Shown: positions 62,570 to 64,000 of the stretch, one piece after another
How positions within the stretch are numbered: the stretch's first letter is position 1
How the letters are laid out: the number at the start of each line of letters is the position of its first letter
NCBI GenBank assembly: GCA_963707645.1
Contig: CAVPQW010000011.1
Location: 90,678 to 154,677 of the forward strand
DNA length: 64,000 nt
Direction of reading: 5' to 3'
From: an uncultured Actinomycetes bacterium
Lineage (GTDB): Bacteria; Actinomycetota; UBA4738; JACQTL01
Notes under the pieces: model-generated
Told to the model about the DNA's origin: nothing
The model's input: only the letters and a program-made list of their open reading frames with translations
Databases searched by the model: none
Made by a program: the position numbers and the translations under genes

Positions 62570-63817
62570 GTGAAGAGGTTCCGAGTGCTCCGATCCGAAG
62601 GTTCAGCACGTTCCTGGGCGCGCGCCGCCGTGGCGGCGCTCGCCGTCGTCGTGCTGTCTTCGCTCGCGCCCGGCGCGCTGGCCGACACCAAGAAGGACCT
62701 CGACAAGGCCCGGAAGGAGCTCACCGAGCTCATCGACGAGATCAACGGTGAGCAGCAGCAGCTCGACGAGCTCGAGGCCAAGCTCCGGGGCGGCCCAGAC
62801 GGACCTCAACGAGCAGGCCGTCGCCATCGAGGCGGCCCAGACCCAGTACGGCATCCTCGAGGGCAAGGTCATGGCCATCCGCCAGGCCTACGACGACGCC
62901 AAGGCCCACTACCGGCGGGTCCGCAACCTGCTGAACGCCCGGGCCCGGCTCGGCGTACGAGCAGGGCCCGGCGGGCGACCTGTCGTTCCTCCTGGGGTCG
63001 GCCTCCATGTCGGACCTCTCGGACCGGGTCGAGTTCATGGGCCGGATGGCCCGCGACGACGCCTCGCTCGCTGCCGAGGTCCAGAACCAGGCCAACGCGC
63101 TGGACGCCAGGCGCAGCGAGCTCGAGGGCCTGCTGACCGATCAGCGCGACCAGCTGCGCGGAGCTCGACAACGTCAGCAGAAGCTCCTCGACGCGAAGTT
63201 CAACAGCCAGCAGCAGCTGGTCGACCAGCAGTCGGCGCTCCTGTCGAGCCTCGAGTCGAACAAGAACCGCGCCACCGAGCTGGTGGCCAAGCTGAAGAAG
63301 AAGCGCGATGCGCGAGCTGCGCGCCGCGGCCCGTGCCGCGACGCACGGCGGCGCTGTCATCGACAACAAGCCCGGCCCGCTCTACGTGTGCCCGGTCGAC
63401 AATCCCAAGGCGTACGGCGACTCGTTCGGCGCGCCGCGGTACGCGGGCGGCTACCACCCGCACGCGGGGACCGACATCCTGGCGCCGCGCGGCACGACCG
63501 ATCCGCGCGACGTTCGACGGCGTGGCCGAGCTCGACCCGAACGGCCTCGGCGGCAACTCGGTGATCGTGTCCGGCAGCCGACGGCTAGACTACAACGCCC
63601 ACCTCGACCAGTACGGCACGCCGGGCCAGGTGAAGGCCGGCGACATCATCGGCTACGTCGGCAACACCGGCGACGCCCAGGGCGGTCCGTACACACCGAC
63701 CACTTCGAGTGGCACCCCGACCGCCATCCCGGCCAGCCCGTACGTCAGCGTCTACGGCTACTCGTCATCATCGGCGACGCGATCGACCCGTACCCGTACC
63801 TCAACGAGATCTGCTAG
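62570..63817 (+). CDS. Secreted coiled-coil + M23 peptidase (frameshifted)
   Basis: Signal ending ALA; long coiled coil; HAGTDI (HxxxD), YNAHL, GYVGNTG, DHFEWHP, IDPYPYL. Confidence 0.82.
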
Positions 63818-63826
63818 GACGGGGGC

Positions 63827-64000
63827 TCAGGGCCGATCGACGATCGGCGCCGGAGTTTCCAGGGGTGTGCCGAACCAGCGGGCGAGCGCTTCGCGCAGCG
63901 CGGACGCGGCCGTGTCGGCGGGCTCGTCGACGGTTGCGGCCCAGGCGATGTGGGCGTCCGGGCGGATCAGGAGGGCGTCGGCCCGCCGGTCATCGGTCTC
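63827..64000 (-). CDS. C-terminus of an FAD-dependent aromatic monooxygenase (partial)
   Basis: ADALLIRPDAHIAWA...LREALARWFG. Confidence 0.75.
   Translation of the reverse strand, partial: ETDDRRADALLIRPDAHIAWAATVDEPADTAASALREALARWFGTPLETPAPIVDRP

Noticed and set aside
62410-62570. c-di-AMP (ydaO) riboswitch upstream of the M23 gene
   Set aside because: Expected conserved segments not recognisable; an Rfam scan would be decisive

Overview
High-GC bacterial DNA, most likely Actinomycetota (F420 reductase, Lhr-Nei pair, MMPL, Ku, actinobacterial sdhCDAB). It contains about 50 CDSs; I found no rRNA, tRNA, CRISPR array or IS element. A core backbone (sdhCDAB, lhr-nei, biotin carboxylase/BCCP, birA, PH-domain protein, methylmalonyl-CoA mutase, acyl-CoA dehydrogenase) is interleaved with many secreted and accessory genes. 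Many conserved genes carry single-base frameshifts, most likely long-read assembly errors, so several starts and ends are reconstructed by hand. The best candidate for an undescribed system is 23067-25467: a hidden ~104-aa Asp/Thr-repeat peptide (leader-like TLTDEEI plus ADGTD repeats) followed by a JmjC/ROX-type 2OG-Fe(II) oxygenase and a sucrase/ferredoxin-like Fe-S protein, a RiPP-like layout. Other highlights are an orphan, C-terminally shortened T6SS-type VgrG coupled to a Tat-exported dirigent-like protein; two STAND adenylate cyclases flanking a cNMP/FOXRED2-like/CoA-binding/GNAT operon; and a Ku with a long acidic insertion. Family assignments come from motif recognition, not database searches.
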